Counted from the stretch's first letter, positions 9,554-18,640 are shown. The stretch: DNA of 29,698 nt from a virus (IMGVR_UViG_3300045988_079213:1-29698); one strand, 5' to 3'. Numbers and translations: made by a program. The notes: a model not told the origin generated them from the sequence alone.

Positions 9554-10026
9554 TCGCCATCTCCTTCATCCTTGCCGTTCGGAATGTCCGGCTTTTTGTC
9601 ATTCATTTTTTTGACGTACTGTGATTGTATGCGGTTGATTTCCGGTATGCTTTTTGCCACTGTGGTTCTAAGCAAGCCTAACCGTGGATAATTGTATTCT
9701 CCAAGTTCTTGCTGCATCATCCAAGATGGATGTTTATATCCTATTTGTACATCAAGCTCTTTTTTGCGAGCCCAATACTGCACCGACTTATTGGCATATG
9801 TCTTTTTAAACTTATTTTTTCTCGGCGCTATTCGTCTGCCTCTTACAAAATTGGGCTTATAGCTTTCGAAAATTGCATTTGCTGTTTGTTTTGACACATA
9901 TTTGCCAACATCACGATTGGCCGCATGGATGAGTTCTTCCAATGTATAAAGGACGGTGTTAACATTTGATTCAAATGTTAACCCGTCCTTCTTTGTAATT
10001 TTCATCCCGGCATTAGGCTTTTGCAT
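9550..10026 (-). CDS. HK97 gp10-like neck protein
   Basis: 158 aa in the position between the head-closure and tail terminator genes. 4-nt overlap with the downstream gene. Confidence 0.6.
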   Translation of the reverse strand: MQKPNAGMKITKKDGLTFESNVNTVLYTLEELIHAANRDVGKYVSKQTANAIFESYKPNFVRGRRIAPRKNKFKKTYANKSVQYWARKKELDVQIGYKHPSWMMQQELGEYNYPRLGLLRTTVAKSIPEINRIQSQYVKKMNDKKPDIPNGKDEGDGE

Positions 10027-10321
10027 GATCTATTCCTCCCACGCAGTTAAGCTCAACCTCTTTACCAATGATTTGTACATTTGCAATTTGCCAAACTTTG
10101 CCATTATATTCGAGGTATTCCTCATCTTCGTAGTCGTAGTAATCAGCAAGTCTAATTCGGATTTGCCTTTTAAACCCTTGCGCCATCGCTTCGAGTGATT
10201 CGCTAAAATATATTCTATCAACTCTGCCAAGTACTTCTTTGCTATCACGCACGATTTCAACGTCACCGTATTCGTTTATAGTTTCTTTTGTCTTTAACAG
10301 TTTGATGATTTCGCCAAACAT
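10013..10321 (-). CDS. Head closure / head-tail adaptor (SPP1 gp16-like)
   Basis: 102 aa. The pattern ...GDVEIVRDSKEVLGRVDRIYFSESLEAMAQGFK...YLEYNGKVWQI is typical of phage head-tail adaptor proteins. Confidence 0.65.
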   Translation of the reverse strand: MFGEIIKLLKTKETINEYGDVEIVRDSKEVLGRVDRIYFSESLEAMAQGFKRQIRIRLADYYDYEDEEYLEYNGKVWQIANVQIIGKEVELNCVGGIDHAKA

Positions 10322-10322
10322 T

Positions 10323-10586
10323 TTATTGCCCCTTTTTATATTTTTTGCTTAAACTCAAAGCGTTTCGCAAGTGATTATATGCGTTGCAATAACGATCAGC
10401 TTGATTTTCAAAATTGTATTGCCACCTCAAATAAAGCTTAATTGCTTTTTCCATCAGCGCATCCATTTTTGTTATATCTATACCGACTCGTTCCATGTCA
10501 AGTTTGCAAGCCTCAATGTTCGCTTCTATATCCGAATTTAGTTTATCATGATGAATCCTTAAATCCGTTTTTGCTTTATCTAACAT
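10323..10586 (-). CDS. Head-tail connector (gp6-like)
   Basis: 87 aa, helical, in the expected position downstream of the capsid gene. Confidence 0.55.
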   Translation of the reverse strand: MLDKAKTDLRIHHDKLNSDIEANIEACKLDMERVGIDITKMDALMEKAIKLYLRWQYNFENQADRYCNAYNHLRNALSLSKKYKKGQ

Positions 10587-10595
10587 TACAGCTCC

Positions 10596-10898
10596 TTACT
10601 TTGACGACTTCTTGCCTCTTCCCTTTGCTTTCTTCTCCGGCTCTTCAGCAACTGCATCAGTGCTTTTCTCTGCAACTGTGTCAGTGATTTTCCCCTCTGA
10701 TTCAGCAGCAAATGTTGCTGTTAGCACTTCATCTGTTGTATGAGCCGTGTCGATTGCCTTGAAATAAACATCGTCCAACGCCGCAGCATTTATTTGCATT
10801 TCCTCATAGCGTTCCGGCGAAATTTCAAGAATTTCGCCTGCTTCTACCTCTCTATCAAGAGATATGTCTAAAAACTTTTTTGTAACTATAATCTTCAT
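10596..10898 (-). CDS. Small head-associated protein, unknown function, basic C-terminal tail
   Basis: 100 aa directly downstream of the major capsid gene. The C-terminus is KKAKGRGKKSSK. Confidence 0.5.
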   Translation of the reverse strand: MKIIVTKKFLDISLDREVEAGEILEISPERYEEMQINAAALDDVYFKAIDTAHTTDEVLTATFAAESEGKITDTVAEKSTDAVAEEPEKKAKGRGKKSSK

Positions 10899-10908
10899 CG
10901 ATTGCCTC

Positions 10909-12090
10909 CTATATGCTTGGTGTTCCTGTGAATGTGATCAAGGCTCCAGCCTTCTGGTTTTCAAGTGCTCCGTCTCCAACAACGTGTGCTGCTACAGTCC
11001 AGTTGCCAGTCTTTACTTCTCTATCTCTCAGAATTTCAAGTGGCGCTACATCGTTCCAGAGGAACTGTGCTGGATCAAGGATAAGAATTTCACCCTTTGC
11101 AAGAGAATCTTCCTGCTTGATTCCGTTACCCAGTAGGTTGCCCTTTACCGCTTCGGATAGATCTGTCACAAAGTTAACTGTCTGATTCTTGTTTGCGAGC
11201 ATTGCGATTGCTCCGTAGATATCAGCTCTATTTGCATACACATATGTAGTGCCAACTTCATTCAGCTTGCTGAGTGCTTCAAGAACTGTGTCAATTCCAA
11301 GGCCCTTTGTTGATTTAACAAGATTATCCTTGTGCAGTCCTTTGCCCTTGCCGTTATCGTTATTTGTCGCATCCTTGATTGTCGCAATAATCGAATCCGC
11401 CATTGCCTTTTCGATGCGCTTTGCGAGCTCGTCTGTGATGTAAGCTTCAAATGCATCAATCGACATGCTCATGAGTTCGTGTGAAATGACGATGTGCTTC
11501 GAAATCTTCTTACCTGCAAGAAGTACCTCTACAAATGTATTCTGCTCATCGTCATTTGCTACGCCTTCCGCAACGACTTTAGCATCGCCTGCAGCTATTG
11601 CAATGTGGCGCACCATTCTAAAGATGCCGCCGGAGCTTATTCTCTTAACATCTGCCACGATTGGATGCATCTGCCCCAATGTGCTATAAATCTTGTTTGC
11701 CGTCTCCGTAGGAATCAGGGCACCTGAATTTTCTGTTGTATGTGTGTATGCTGCTCTTTCCTCTGCAGTCATTTCCTTGCCCTGCAAGTTCTTTAGCCAT
11801 GCGCTCCTGTAAAGCTTATCATTGTTATTTGCTCCTGATCTGTCGCCATTATCTTTAATGACAGTTCCGGCCTGGCCGCTTGCAATCTTGTCAAGCAGCG
11901 ACTGTCTTTTTTCAGCCTTTTCCTCAATCTCCTTTTTCTGCGCTAAAAGTCCATCGCGCTCTTCGATGAGTTTCTTCGACTTCTCCTCAACATCATCAAC
12001 ATCAACATTTTCCTCTTCAAGTCTTGCTTTTAGCTTAGTAAGCTCCTCTGCAATCTCAGCTAATCTCTTTATGATCTCACTTAGTTTCAT
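10909..12090 (-). CDS. Major capsid protein, HK97 family, with N-terminal coiled-coil delta/scaffold domain
   Basis: 393 aa. About 100 aa of N-terminal charged coiled coil are followed by the HK97-fold region. Follows the prohead protease. Confidence 0.9.
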   Translation of the reverse strand: MKLSEIIKRLAEIAEELTKLKARLEEENVDVDDVEEKSKKLIEERDGLLAQKKEIEEKAEKRQSLLDKIASGQAGTVIKDNGDRSGANNNDKLYRSAWLKNLQGKEMTAEERAAYTHTTENSGALIPTETANKIYSTLGQMHPIVADVKRISSGGIFRMVRHIAIAAGDAKVVAEGVANDDEQNTFVEVLLAGKKISKHIVISHELMSMSIDAFEAYITDELAKRIEKAMADSIIATIKDATNNDNGKGKGLHKDNLVKSTKGLGIDTVLEALSKLNEVGTTYVYANRADIYGAIAMLANKNQTVNFVTDLSEAVKGNLLGNGIKQEDSLAKGEILILDPAQFLWNDVAPLEILRDREVKTGNWTVAAHVVGDGALENQKAGALITFTGTPSI

Positions 12091-12091
12091 C

Positions 12092-12700
12092 TTAATCCTC
12101 CATTGCTTTTTCGATTTCTAATTTTAACTTTAATTTTCTTTTGCGCTCTTCAAGTCTCTCCGCTTGAATTTTGTCAATCACTCCGTCAACAAAATTTCGA
12201 GCATTTATCGCAGTGTCGTCATTTGCCGGAATCCCGACCGCTGACACATCGTAAACCTTTCTCACTGATTCATGGACTATCTTATTTGCATCTTCCTCAA
12301 ATCTGTATGAGCCAACTGCAAAGCTCCAGCTCATTTTAGTAATCAGGCCACTTTTTATATCATCATAAAGCTGCCTTGATTCTGTGTTGCTTGATAGATC
12401 TGCTTCTATAAGCATTCCAGTATCGTCAAGTTTCACTTTTAGTGTATTGTTTGATGTTCTCGCAAACACCCTGCCTTGATGATCATATAGCATGATTACA
12501 TCGCTCATATCTGTATTCTCGAAGCATTTCTTCGGAAATTCTTCGTACACCGGACCCTCGTTAGATTCGAATAACACATACGGTTCGAACTTCATCGCAT
12601 AACCTGTCACGATATAGTTTTCACCTTCTGTTTCTTTCGCTCTAATTTCTATAGTCTTCCTAAATTGCCTGGTTTCAAATTTTTCTTTTGGAATTTTCAT
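12092..12700 (-). CDS. Prohead serine protease (HK97 / S78 family)
   Basis: 202 aa. VTGYAMKFEPY, LYDHQ and KMSWSF motifs match HK97-type prohead proteases. C-terminal coiled coil. Confidence 0.85.
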   Translation of the reverse strand: MKIPKEKFETRQFRKTIEIRAKETEGENYIVTGYAMKFEPYVLFESNEGPVYEEFPKKCFENTDMSDVIMLYDHQGRVFARTSNNTLKVKLDDTGMLIEADLSSNTESRQLYDDIKSGLITKMSWSFAVGSYRFEEDANKIVHESVRKVYDVSAVGIPANDDTAINARNFVDGVIDKIQAERLEERKRKLKLKLEIEKAMED

Positions 12701-13869
12701 TCTTGCTCCTCTCCGTTTACACCTGCATCAAGCTTTGTTGTCTCTGAATACTCTTTGCGTATATAGTATTTGTCGCCGCCATCAATTGGTGACATGTTGT
12801 ATATTTCACGTCCTTGATTGTGCGTTATAAAGCCTCGATCAAATAGTTGCGTGACCGTGGATAGCTTTTCAGCAGGTGACAAATACTGCAATCTATTTGC
12901 GGTCAGCATTATAAAATTATCATTTGCGAGCTCTCTTTCAGTAAATGCCAAGTTCGAATGAACTAAACTTGCCTGTATTGCAAATGGTTCGATTTTTCCT
13001 TCGTAGAAAGCTGCCCATTCTTCAGAGTTGAACGAGTTCTGCAGAATCTTATCATTAACTCCAAAATGCGCGTATACATTCTGCTTTATCTGCTGCATCT
13101 GCTTGTCATCAATCATCACCGGATTTGATGTAACCTGCTTGACCTCTTTATACTTTGAGTCAAATAGCATAACTCCTGTAGGATTGTTAGCTAAGTTTTG
13201 CTTTGCGAATTTATTTCGCTCTGCTTCCATGTCATCATCGTTTATTATGTTCATTAACTGCGCCATAAACCTTATGGATGCTCCACTTTTGATAGCTTCA
13301 ATCATTCCCTGATTTTGATAATGCAGCAAATTTAGTGTCGGTTTCATGGAGTGATTTGAACCGCCAAACAATTCGTCCTTAAATTGGAATTGATTCATGA
13401 TTCCGATTTCTGAAATTGGTTTTGCGTGTCGTTTTCCCAAGAATGTATATACGAGATAAAATTCATTTTCGTATTCTACGACCTTTCCATCATCAGCCAA
13501 TAACGGATAAAAACCATTTATATTCTGCGTCGTTTCGTTGTAGGTTGGGATGATTAGCGCATTATTTGTTACTTGCAAAATTGTAGCAAGGCGATATAAA
13601 TATTTTGATGTGTCCTGAACTTCATTTGCTTTCGTCTGCAATCTTCGGCCGAGGTTTGTATTTGCGCTGCCCTTAACTTCCATGTTTAATTTTGATGTAT
13701 GTGTAGCAATTGTGTGTATGGCCGACCGCGTAAGATCCATCTCATATACAGAGCCTTCGAAGCTGGAAAAGCTTGGTGTATATCCGTTAATCATTTTAAA
13801 ATAATCGCGGATTAAACTTTCTGTTTTATCGCCTTTTTTACCAAACCATTTATTTAAAAATCCCATCAT
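12697..13869 (-). CDS. Portal protein (HK97 family)
   Basis: 390 aa between the terminase and the protease. 4-nt overlap with the protease gene. Confidence 0.85.
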   Translation of the reverse strand: MMGFLNKWFGKKGDKTESLIRDYFKMINGYTPSFSSFEGSVYEMDLTRSAIHTIATHTSKLNMEVKGSANTNLGRRLQTKANEVQDTSKYLYRLATILQVTNNALIIPTYNETTQNINGFYPLLADDGKVVEYENEFYLVYTFLGKRHAKPISEIGIMNQFQFKDELFGGSNHSMKPTLNLLHYQNQGMIEAIKSGASIRFMAQLMNIINDDDMEAERNKFAKQNLANNPTGVMLFDSKYKEVKQVTSNPVMIDDKQMQQIKQNVYAHFGVNDKILQNSFNSEEWAAFYEGKIEPFAIQASLVHSNLAFTERELANDNFIMLTANRLQYLSPAEKLSTVTQLFDRGFITHNQGREIYNMSPIDGGDKYYIRKEYSETTKLDAGVNGEEQE

Positions 13870-13877
13870 ATTCCTTT

Positions 13878-15557
13878 CTAAATCAGATTTTTATAATCAT
13901 CATAGTGACGTTTAAATACAACATACGAATCTAATAAGCTTGCAGTTCCATCTATTCGCTTCAAACTTGAATAACCTTTTTTCGGCTGAATGTTTCCCTT
14001 ATTGTCATGCTGCACCGTCGTGTTCCCCAAGCACCACCTGAGGATTGGGTTATTGTTATAATTGATTCTCCTCGCTCTTAGGTCTGCTTCAAGCTCTTTC
14101 ATTGGATTTGAAAGAACTTTAAATATTTGCCTTACCTCTTCAACTGCTGCTTCTCCATATTTTTCACGAGTTCGTTTCATGACAATATCTGCTCCCCATA
14201 TGTCAAACCCGTTCCAAACCGGAATAAAGCCAACTTCTTTTGCAAATTGCCTGTCCCATTCAGCAACAAAATCTTGATCTATTTTATTTCCCGGACAATA
14301 TGTAACAAGCCCTTGATCTCGCCAAACATCATATGGTACTTTGTCTTCGTATATTTTTCGTTCTGCAACCTCTTCAGCAATAAAATATTGCTGATATACA
14401 TATATGGTCTCATCATTTTTAATTTGGAATGTGTACGATAAACACGTAAGGTCTGTGGTGCTTGATAGATCGTATCCGCCTATTACATATTTGGGCTTTA
14501 ACTCTTTAATGTCGAATGTTGCCGGATTTGTTATATCATCTAAACTCAACCAGCTTGCAGAATCGGTTTCTCTTATATTGCAATTCTTTGTCAAAAATGC
14601 CTTGAGGTACATTCTCGGATTTGCAACGGTTTTATCCCACTCGTCTTTTAGTGCTTGTTTATTTCGAATTGTGCCGAGTCCCGGATTTGCTTTAATTAGA
14701 TTCTTAAAATCTTTCCACTCTTCTTTTTTATCGAGTTCATATATAAAAAAAATACTGCGTTCGTCAACAAATGATTCCTGCAGCAATATGTTGCTTCCCT
14801 CTTCATAGATTTCATCATATAGATCTTCGCGGATTGTGCCTGCTGTAGATGTAATAAGAGCAAGAGGTTCAAGTCTGTTATCCATGCCCTTATACATGAT
14901 GTCGTATAAAGCCCTGCCGTTCTTCCACTGATGTATTTCGTCCATATCAACAAAATGTACATCAAATCCATCGAGCGTATCAGAATCAGATGCAAGTGGT
15001 TTGAATTTGCCATCATTAAAATCCGTAACAATTTCGCCCACAAGGTTTCTTGTGTATTTTCTGAGATGACTATCTTTCTTGATCATCTTCTTTGCAACTT
15101 CCCAAACGATTTTCGCCTGGTCTTTTTTTGTTGCAACAGAATAGCATTCCGGACCACCTTCATTGTCAGCAATTAGCATATATAAGCCGATTGCTGAGGC
15201 AAGTAATGATTTGCCATTCTTTTTCGCTATAATGAGTACCGCCCTTTTAGTTCTTCTAAGGTTTGTTTTTTTATAACAAATTCCAAAGATTGATGCTATA
15301 AAAGCTTTTTCCCAGGGATCTAAAACAACAAGTTCTCCTGCTGATTTTCCCTTTATATTTCTGCAAAAATTCTCTATAAAACATATTGCATGATTGCTTT
15401 TTTTGCTATTAAAATATACTTTACTGCCCTTTTTTGTTATATCTTTTACAAGTTTTTTAACCTGAATTTTAACTTTTTGACTAACCTTGTCAGGGTGCTT
15501 TTTGATCCAATTCCAATATTCAATAAGCGGATTGTAATCATCCGGATAGCTTATCAT
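13878..15557 (-). CDS. terL: Terminase large subunit
   Basis: 559 aa. Walker A-like KKNGKS, DEIH Walker B-like motif and a C-terminal nuclease region. Terminase_1-like organisation. Confidence 0.9.
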   Translation of the reverse strand: MISYPDDYNPLIEYWNWIKKHPDKVSQKVKIQVKKLVKDITKKGSKVYFNSKKSNHAICFIENFCRNIKGKSAGELVVLDPWEKAFIASIFGICYKKTNLRRTKRAVLIIAKKNGKSLLASAIGLYMLIADNEGGPECYSVATKKDQAKIVWEVAKKMIKKDSHLRKYTRNLVGEIVTDFNDGKFKPLASDSDTLDGFDVHFVDMDEIHQWKNGRALYDIMYKGMDNRLEPLALITSTAGTIREDLYDEIYEEGSNILLQESFVDERSIFFIYELDKKEEWKDFKNLIKANPGLGTIRNKQALKDEWDKTVANPRMYLKAFLTKNCNIRETDSASWLSLDDITNPATFDIKELKPKYVIGGYDLSSTTDLTCLSYTFQIKNDETIYVYQQYFIAEEVAERKIYEDKVPYDVWRDQGLVTYCPGNKIDQDFVAEWDRQFAKEVGFIPVWNGFDIWGADIVMKRTREKYGEAAVEEVRQIFKVLSNPMKELEADLRARRINYNNNPILRWCLGNTTVQHDNKGNIQPKKGYSSLKRIDGTASLLDSYVVFKRHYDDYKNLI

Positions 15558-15910
15558 CGCTTTTGAATAAATTGACCTAAAAGGTCAACCTCTCCGACTT
15601 CCTTCGGATTGTTTTTATTTATAAATTCATCAAGCTGTTTGAGTGTGGCATTGAATCTTTGGATCATTGTGTTGTATGACTTAAGTGCTGGATTTTCGCG
15701 CATTATAGAGTACTCACCTTGTGGCATCTCGGTAATAACGCCGCCATTATTAACCTCTTCTTTTAGATCTTCAAGAGTTACTTTCATAAAGCCTAATTCA
15801 TTTATCATGTGCATGCACATCTGCTGCTCTTCTTGATTTAAGTTTTTAATAAATTTCTTAAATCTTGTTATCTCTTTTTTAATCCTTTTTTCTCTTTCAA
15901 AGTCCATCAA
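15554..15910 (-). CDS. terS: Terminase small subunit (P27-like)
   Basis: 118 aa with a 4-nt overlap with terL. AGGAGG RBS. Located after the cos/HNH region. Confidence 0.6.
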   Translation of the reverse strand: MMDFEREKRIKKEITRFKKFIKNLNQEEQQMCMHMINELGFMKVTLEDLKEEVNNGGVITEMPQGEYSIMRENPALKSYNTMIQRFNATLKQLDEFINKNNPKEVGEVDLLGQFIQKR

Positions 15911-15924
15911 AGTTTTCCTCCTTT

Positions 15925-16020
15925 CTTTTTGGTGTGGGGGTAGTGTGTGCGCGTCGCGTGTGTTTTACAAAGCTGGGCGTCGGCTCGACTTTCCCTTTGC
16001 TTTTTATTTTTTTATGGGGG
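15925..16020. other. Candidate cos (packaging) site: GC-rich island between the HNH and terS genes
   Basis: GGTGTGGGGGTAGTGTGTGCGCGTCGCGTGTG ... GGGCGTCGGCTCGAC ... GGGGGG sits in an otherwise AT-rich genome. It is non-coding and in the position typical of HNH-dependent cos phages. Confidence 0.4.
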
Positions 16021-16025
16021 GAGTA

Positions 16026-16340
16026 TTATTTTTTCTCAAAGAAAATTGGATTTCCTTTTTCATCAAATCTCACCCCTCTATTTTCTTTGTCAAAAGTCTT
16101 TCGGTTATGACACTTGTTGCATAAGTACTGCAAATTTTTATGATTAAGTGTTATGTATGGATTATTAAGCTTTACCTCGTCAATCTCTTCTATGTGATCG
16201 ACAATAAAACCTAATCTTTCTTTGCAGTGCTCACATAGTCCTCCGTCAATGCTGATTCGTTTTGCTATATATGATTCTCTGCATGACTTCCATGCAGCAC
16301 TGTCATAAAAGCGCTTTGCCGCTTTTGAATACTTTTTCAT
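16026..16340 (-). CDS. HNH endonuclease (packaging-associated)
   Basis: 104 aa from the ATG at 16340 (RBS TAGGAG); the track start at 16358 is a TTG. Motifs are CEHC...DH...N...LCNKCHNRKT. Confidence 0.85.
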   Translation of the reverse strand: MKKYSKAAKRFYDSAAWKSCRESYIAKRISIDGGLCEHCKERLGFIVDHIEEIDEVKLNNPYITLNHKNLQYLCNKCHNRKTFDKENRGVRFDEKGNPIFFEKK

Positions 16341-16499
16341 TTTTCTCCTAATATGCAAAGATACCTCGACTGTGAATCAAGGTATCTTTGTATCGCTTTA
16401 ACATTTGAAAAGAGAAAACTCATGAAAGATGTTGTCCGGTATTCTTTCACACTATCATTTTACCACGCTTATTTTCCCCTATGTTCCGAACTTTTCTTT

Positions 16500-16889
16500 T
16501 TAAATTATTTTTAGGTTTTCTGCTACGAAAAATACAAAGCGTGCTTTATAGATTCCATAAGTAGATTTTGCCGCATCATCAGGATAGCGTTTGTATAAGA
16601 CAATGTTATCCCATATTCCCTGTCTATATTCTCTCGGAATCTTTTCAAGGCCTTTTTCGATTGCGTTAATCTTTGTTAAATATGCATCCCTCTTCAGGGC
16701 CTTGATTTCTATTGCTCCTTTGGATGCTCTACCTTTTGGCTGTCCATCAGGCGGCGGTGGAGACTCGTCAAGTATAGCCTGCGCACTTTCTTTCAGTCTT
16801 TCGTAATCTCTTATTGTCCATATCGTAGCGTTGTATGCTTCGTGTGGCAAATGATATTTATTATTTCTTTTTCTTTGATATTCTTTCAT
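16500..16889 (-). CDS. Late-gene transcriptional activator, ArpU/RinA-like
   Basis: 129 aa. GQPKG and AIEKGLEKIPREYRQGIWDNIVLYKRYP resemble ArpU/RinA phage regulators. Sits just upstream of the packaging genes. Confidence 0.6.
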   Translation of the reverse strand: MKEYQRKRNNKYHLPHEAYNATIWTIRDYERLKESAQAILDESPPPPDGQPKGRASKGAIEIKALKRDAYLTKINAIEKGLEKIPREYRQGIWDNIVLYKRYPDDAAKSTYGIYKARFVFFVAENLKII

Positions 16890-16918
16890 CGCACTTAAAG
16901 TAAGCTTAGATCACTAAG

Positions 16919-17683
16919 CTACAGACTCCCTCCTTCATGTTTTCTAAATTTCAGTAAAAATCTTCTACCGCCTTCGCCCTTTTCGTTTTCACGTTCAATG
17001 ATGCATTGTGTAAATGTCCATCCCGGATATAGCTTCTCGAATAAAAATCTATCTTCGGGACATCTGTCCATATCCTCAAGCTTTTTGTTTGTAAGCTCTC
17101 TTCTGTCATCCTTAATCTCGGCCGTGACTTTTTTGAGATTTATTGACGAGCCCCAAGCTCTTTCGCCTGCTGCCTGTCTTGCCATGTATAAGCTTTTGCC
17201 CTCAACTCCATATTCGTTGTATTGCAACCTGTCTGTGTTCGCATAGCCTTTCTTCCATGTTTGTTCAGCTACATCTCTATCCATGCTGGATGTAATCATA
17301 TGCACATGATATCTGACCTTGTTGCCATCAGTGTCCAGGTTGGAAATCACGTATATATATTTAAGACTTTCTTTTATACCTAATTTATTCCTGGCTCTCT
17401 TTAATCTTGCGATATAATTTTTAACGTCTCTGATAACCTCTTCACGATTGCTTGGTAGATTTTTCTGGCTGTAAGTTAGATCTACATACAAATCTTTGTT
17501 TGTGAAATTTAAGTGCACCAATCTTATAAAATGTCTTTTAGATTTTTTACTGTTTAAATTTCTTTGCGCCGGAGTACTCTCCTGTACCTTTTTTCTTCTC
17601 TTATATTTTTTGCAGTGATTATTTGCCTTAAAGATTTCTACTTCTAAAAAATCTCCACACTTATATTTCTTCTCTCTCAACAT
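16919..17683 (-). CDS. HUH-superfamily rolling-circle replication initiator (Rep)
   Basis: 254 aa. Motif 1-like LYVDLTYS, HUH motif RYHVHMIT and motif 3-like GKSLYMARQ with a candidate catalytic Tyr. Confidence 0.5.
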   Translation of the reverse strand: MLREKKYKCGDFLEVEIFKANNHCKKYKRRKKVQESTPAQRNLNSKKSKRHFIRLVHLNFTNKDLYVDLTYSQKNLPSNREEVIRDVKNYIARLKRARNKLGIKESLKYIYVISNLDTDGNKVRYHVHMITSSMDRDVAEQTWKKGYANTDRLQYNEYGVEGKSLYMARQAAGERAWGSSINLKKVTAEIKDDRRELTNKKLEDMDRCPEDRFLFEKLYPGWTFTQCIIERENEKGEGGRRFLLKFRKHEGGSL

Positions 17684-17773
17684 AATGCTTCACTTGTTAC
17701 TACTCATTACAAGCTCGGAATGCTCTTCGCCCGAGCTCATCAAATTACCGTATATATAATGTAGCTTTTTTAT

Positions 17774-18073
17774 TTATAACGACATTTCGAACTTATCGCA
17801 CATTGCTATAACTTGTATTGCTTCCATAGCCGCATTGACCGCATGCTCTCTTATTCTATCGACTCTTTTCTTTTGCATATTGATGTCTTCATTTCTTCTG
17901 ATATACAACCACCAAGAATTTATTGTTTTTTCCATTTCTGCCGCTTCCTCTGAAAGCTCTTGGACTTCTTCCAGTATCACTGCGTACCCCTCAGGGCTAC
18001 TGTGAAATAGCGGAAATTTTTCATTAGCAGACCTCAATTCTTCTTTTGCAAGCATTTCTATTTCGTTTCTCAT
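17774..18073 (-). CDS. MazG-like all-alpha NTP pyrophosphohydrolase-like protein
   Basis: 99 aa. FHSSPEGYAVILEEVQELSEE resembles the H/EGYAV..EE..EL core of MazG-type phage proteins. Weak assignment. Confidence 0.4.
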   Translation of the reverse strand: MRNEIEMLAKEELRSANEKFPLFHSSPEGYAVILEEVQELSEEAAEMEKTINSWWLYIRRNEDINMQKKRVDRIREHAVNAAMEAIQVIAMCDKFEMSL

Positions 18074-18130
18074 TTCTGTTTGTTCCTTTCATACTGTTTT
18101 ATAGTCCTAAAGGGAAGCTCATGCTCCCCT

Positions 18131-18640
18131 TTAATCCTCGTATATTATTTTCATTCCAAGCTGTAGCGCTGTGAGTCTTTCCATGCACGCCCCCTTTGAG
18201 CCTTCCCAATTTTTCAGCATATAGATTGCCTTGCACATCTTTAGCAACCTTATATCTATATCCATGATTTCATCGTATGTAAGATTTGTGCTTTGATATG
18301 CCGACTCGAATCTCATTGGATTAACGACTCTTTCGTATTCTGTTTCAAGCAACTTTTCAGCTTTTTCAAATGCTGCTCTTGCATCCTCTTCTTTTAGTCC
18401 CGTGATTGGTCCCGAGATATAGATGCTAAGACCCTCCTGATGAGTGTCTTCTTTTGCATTCATCCACACATGTAGTTCTTTCATACATTCTGGACAAAGA
18501 TCTTCAAATTCATGTGCATACGCTTCGTTTTCTTTGTGATTTATGTTTAGTAATGTAAACCCATTAGCTGTTTTTTTGTTTTTATTTTCATTATAAGTTT
18601 CGTAAAATTTGCCACATCTGTTACATTTTGTTGCCATCAT
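18131..18640 (-). CDS. Zn-ribbon fused to a DUF4406 (nucleoside 2-deoxyribosyltransferase-like) domain
   Basis: 169 aa. N-terminal CNRC...CPEC zinc ribbon. The C-terminal LSIYISGPITGLKEEDARAAFEKAEKLL...VVNP matches the DUF4406 pattern. Confidence 0.55.
   Translation of the reverse strand: MMATKCNRCGKFYETYNENKNKKTANGFTLLNINHKENEAYAHEFEDLCPECMKELHVWMNAKEDTHQEGLSIYISGPITGLKEEDARAAFEKAEKLLETEYERVVNPMRFESAYQSTNLTYDEIMDIDIRLLKMCKAIYMLKNWEGSKGACMERLTALQLGMKIIYED

Noticed and set aside
3270-14808. Many plus-strand ORFs inside the late operon (for example 3270-3647, 4266-4703, 7183-7668, 13028-13312, 14404-14808)
   Set aside because: They are antisense shadows of strongly supported structural genes. 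They are S/F/L/I-rich with no RBSs and would break an otherwise gap-free minus-strand operon.
10030-15043. Same-strand alternative-frame ORFs (10030-10266, 11262-11459, 14696-15043; also 530-751)
   Set aside because: They are nested inside the head-closure, capsid, terminase and endolysin genes whose main frames carry the recognisable motifs.
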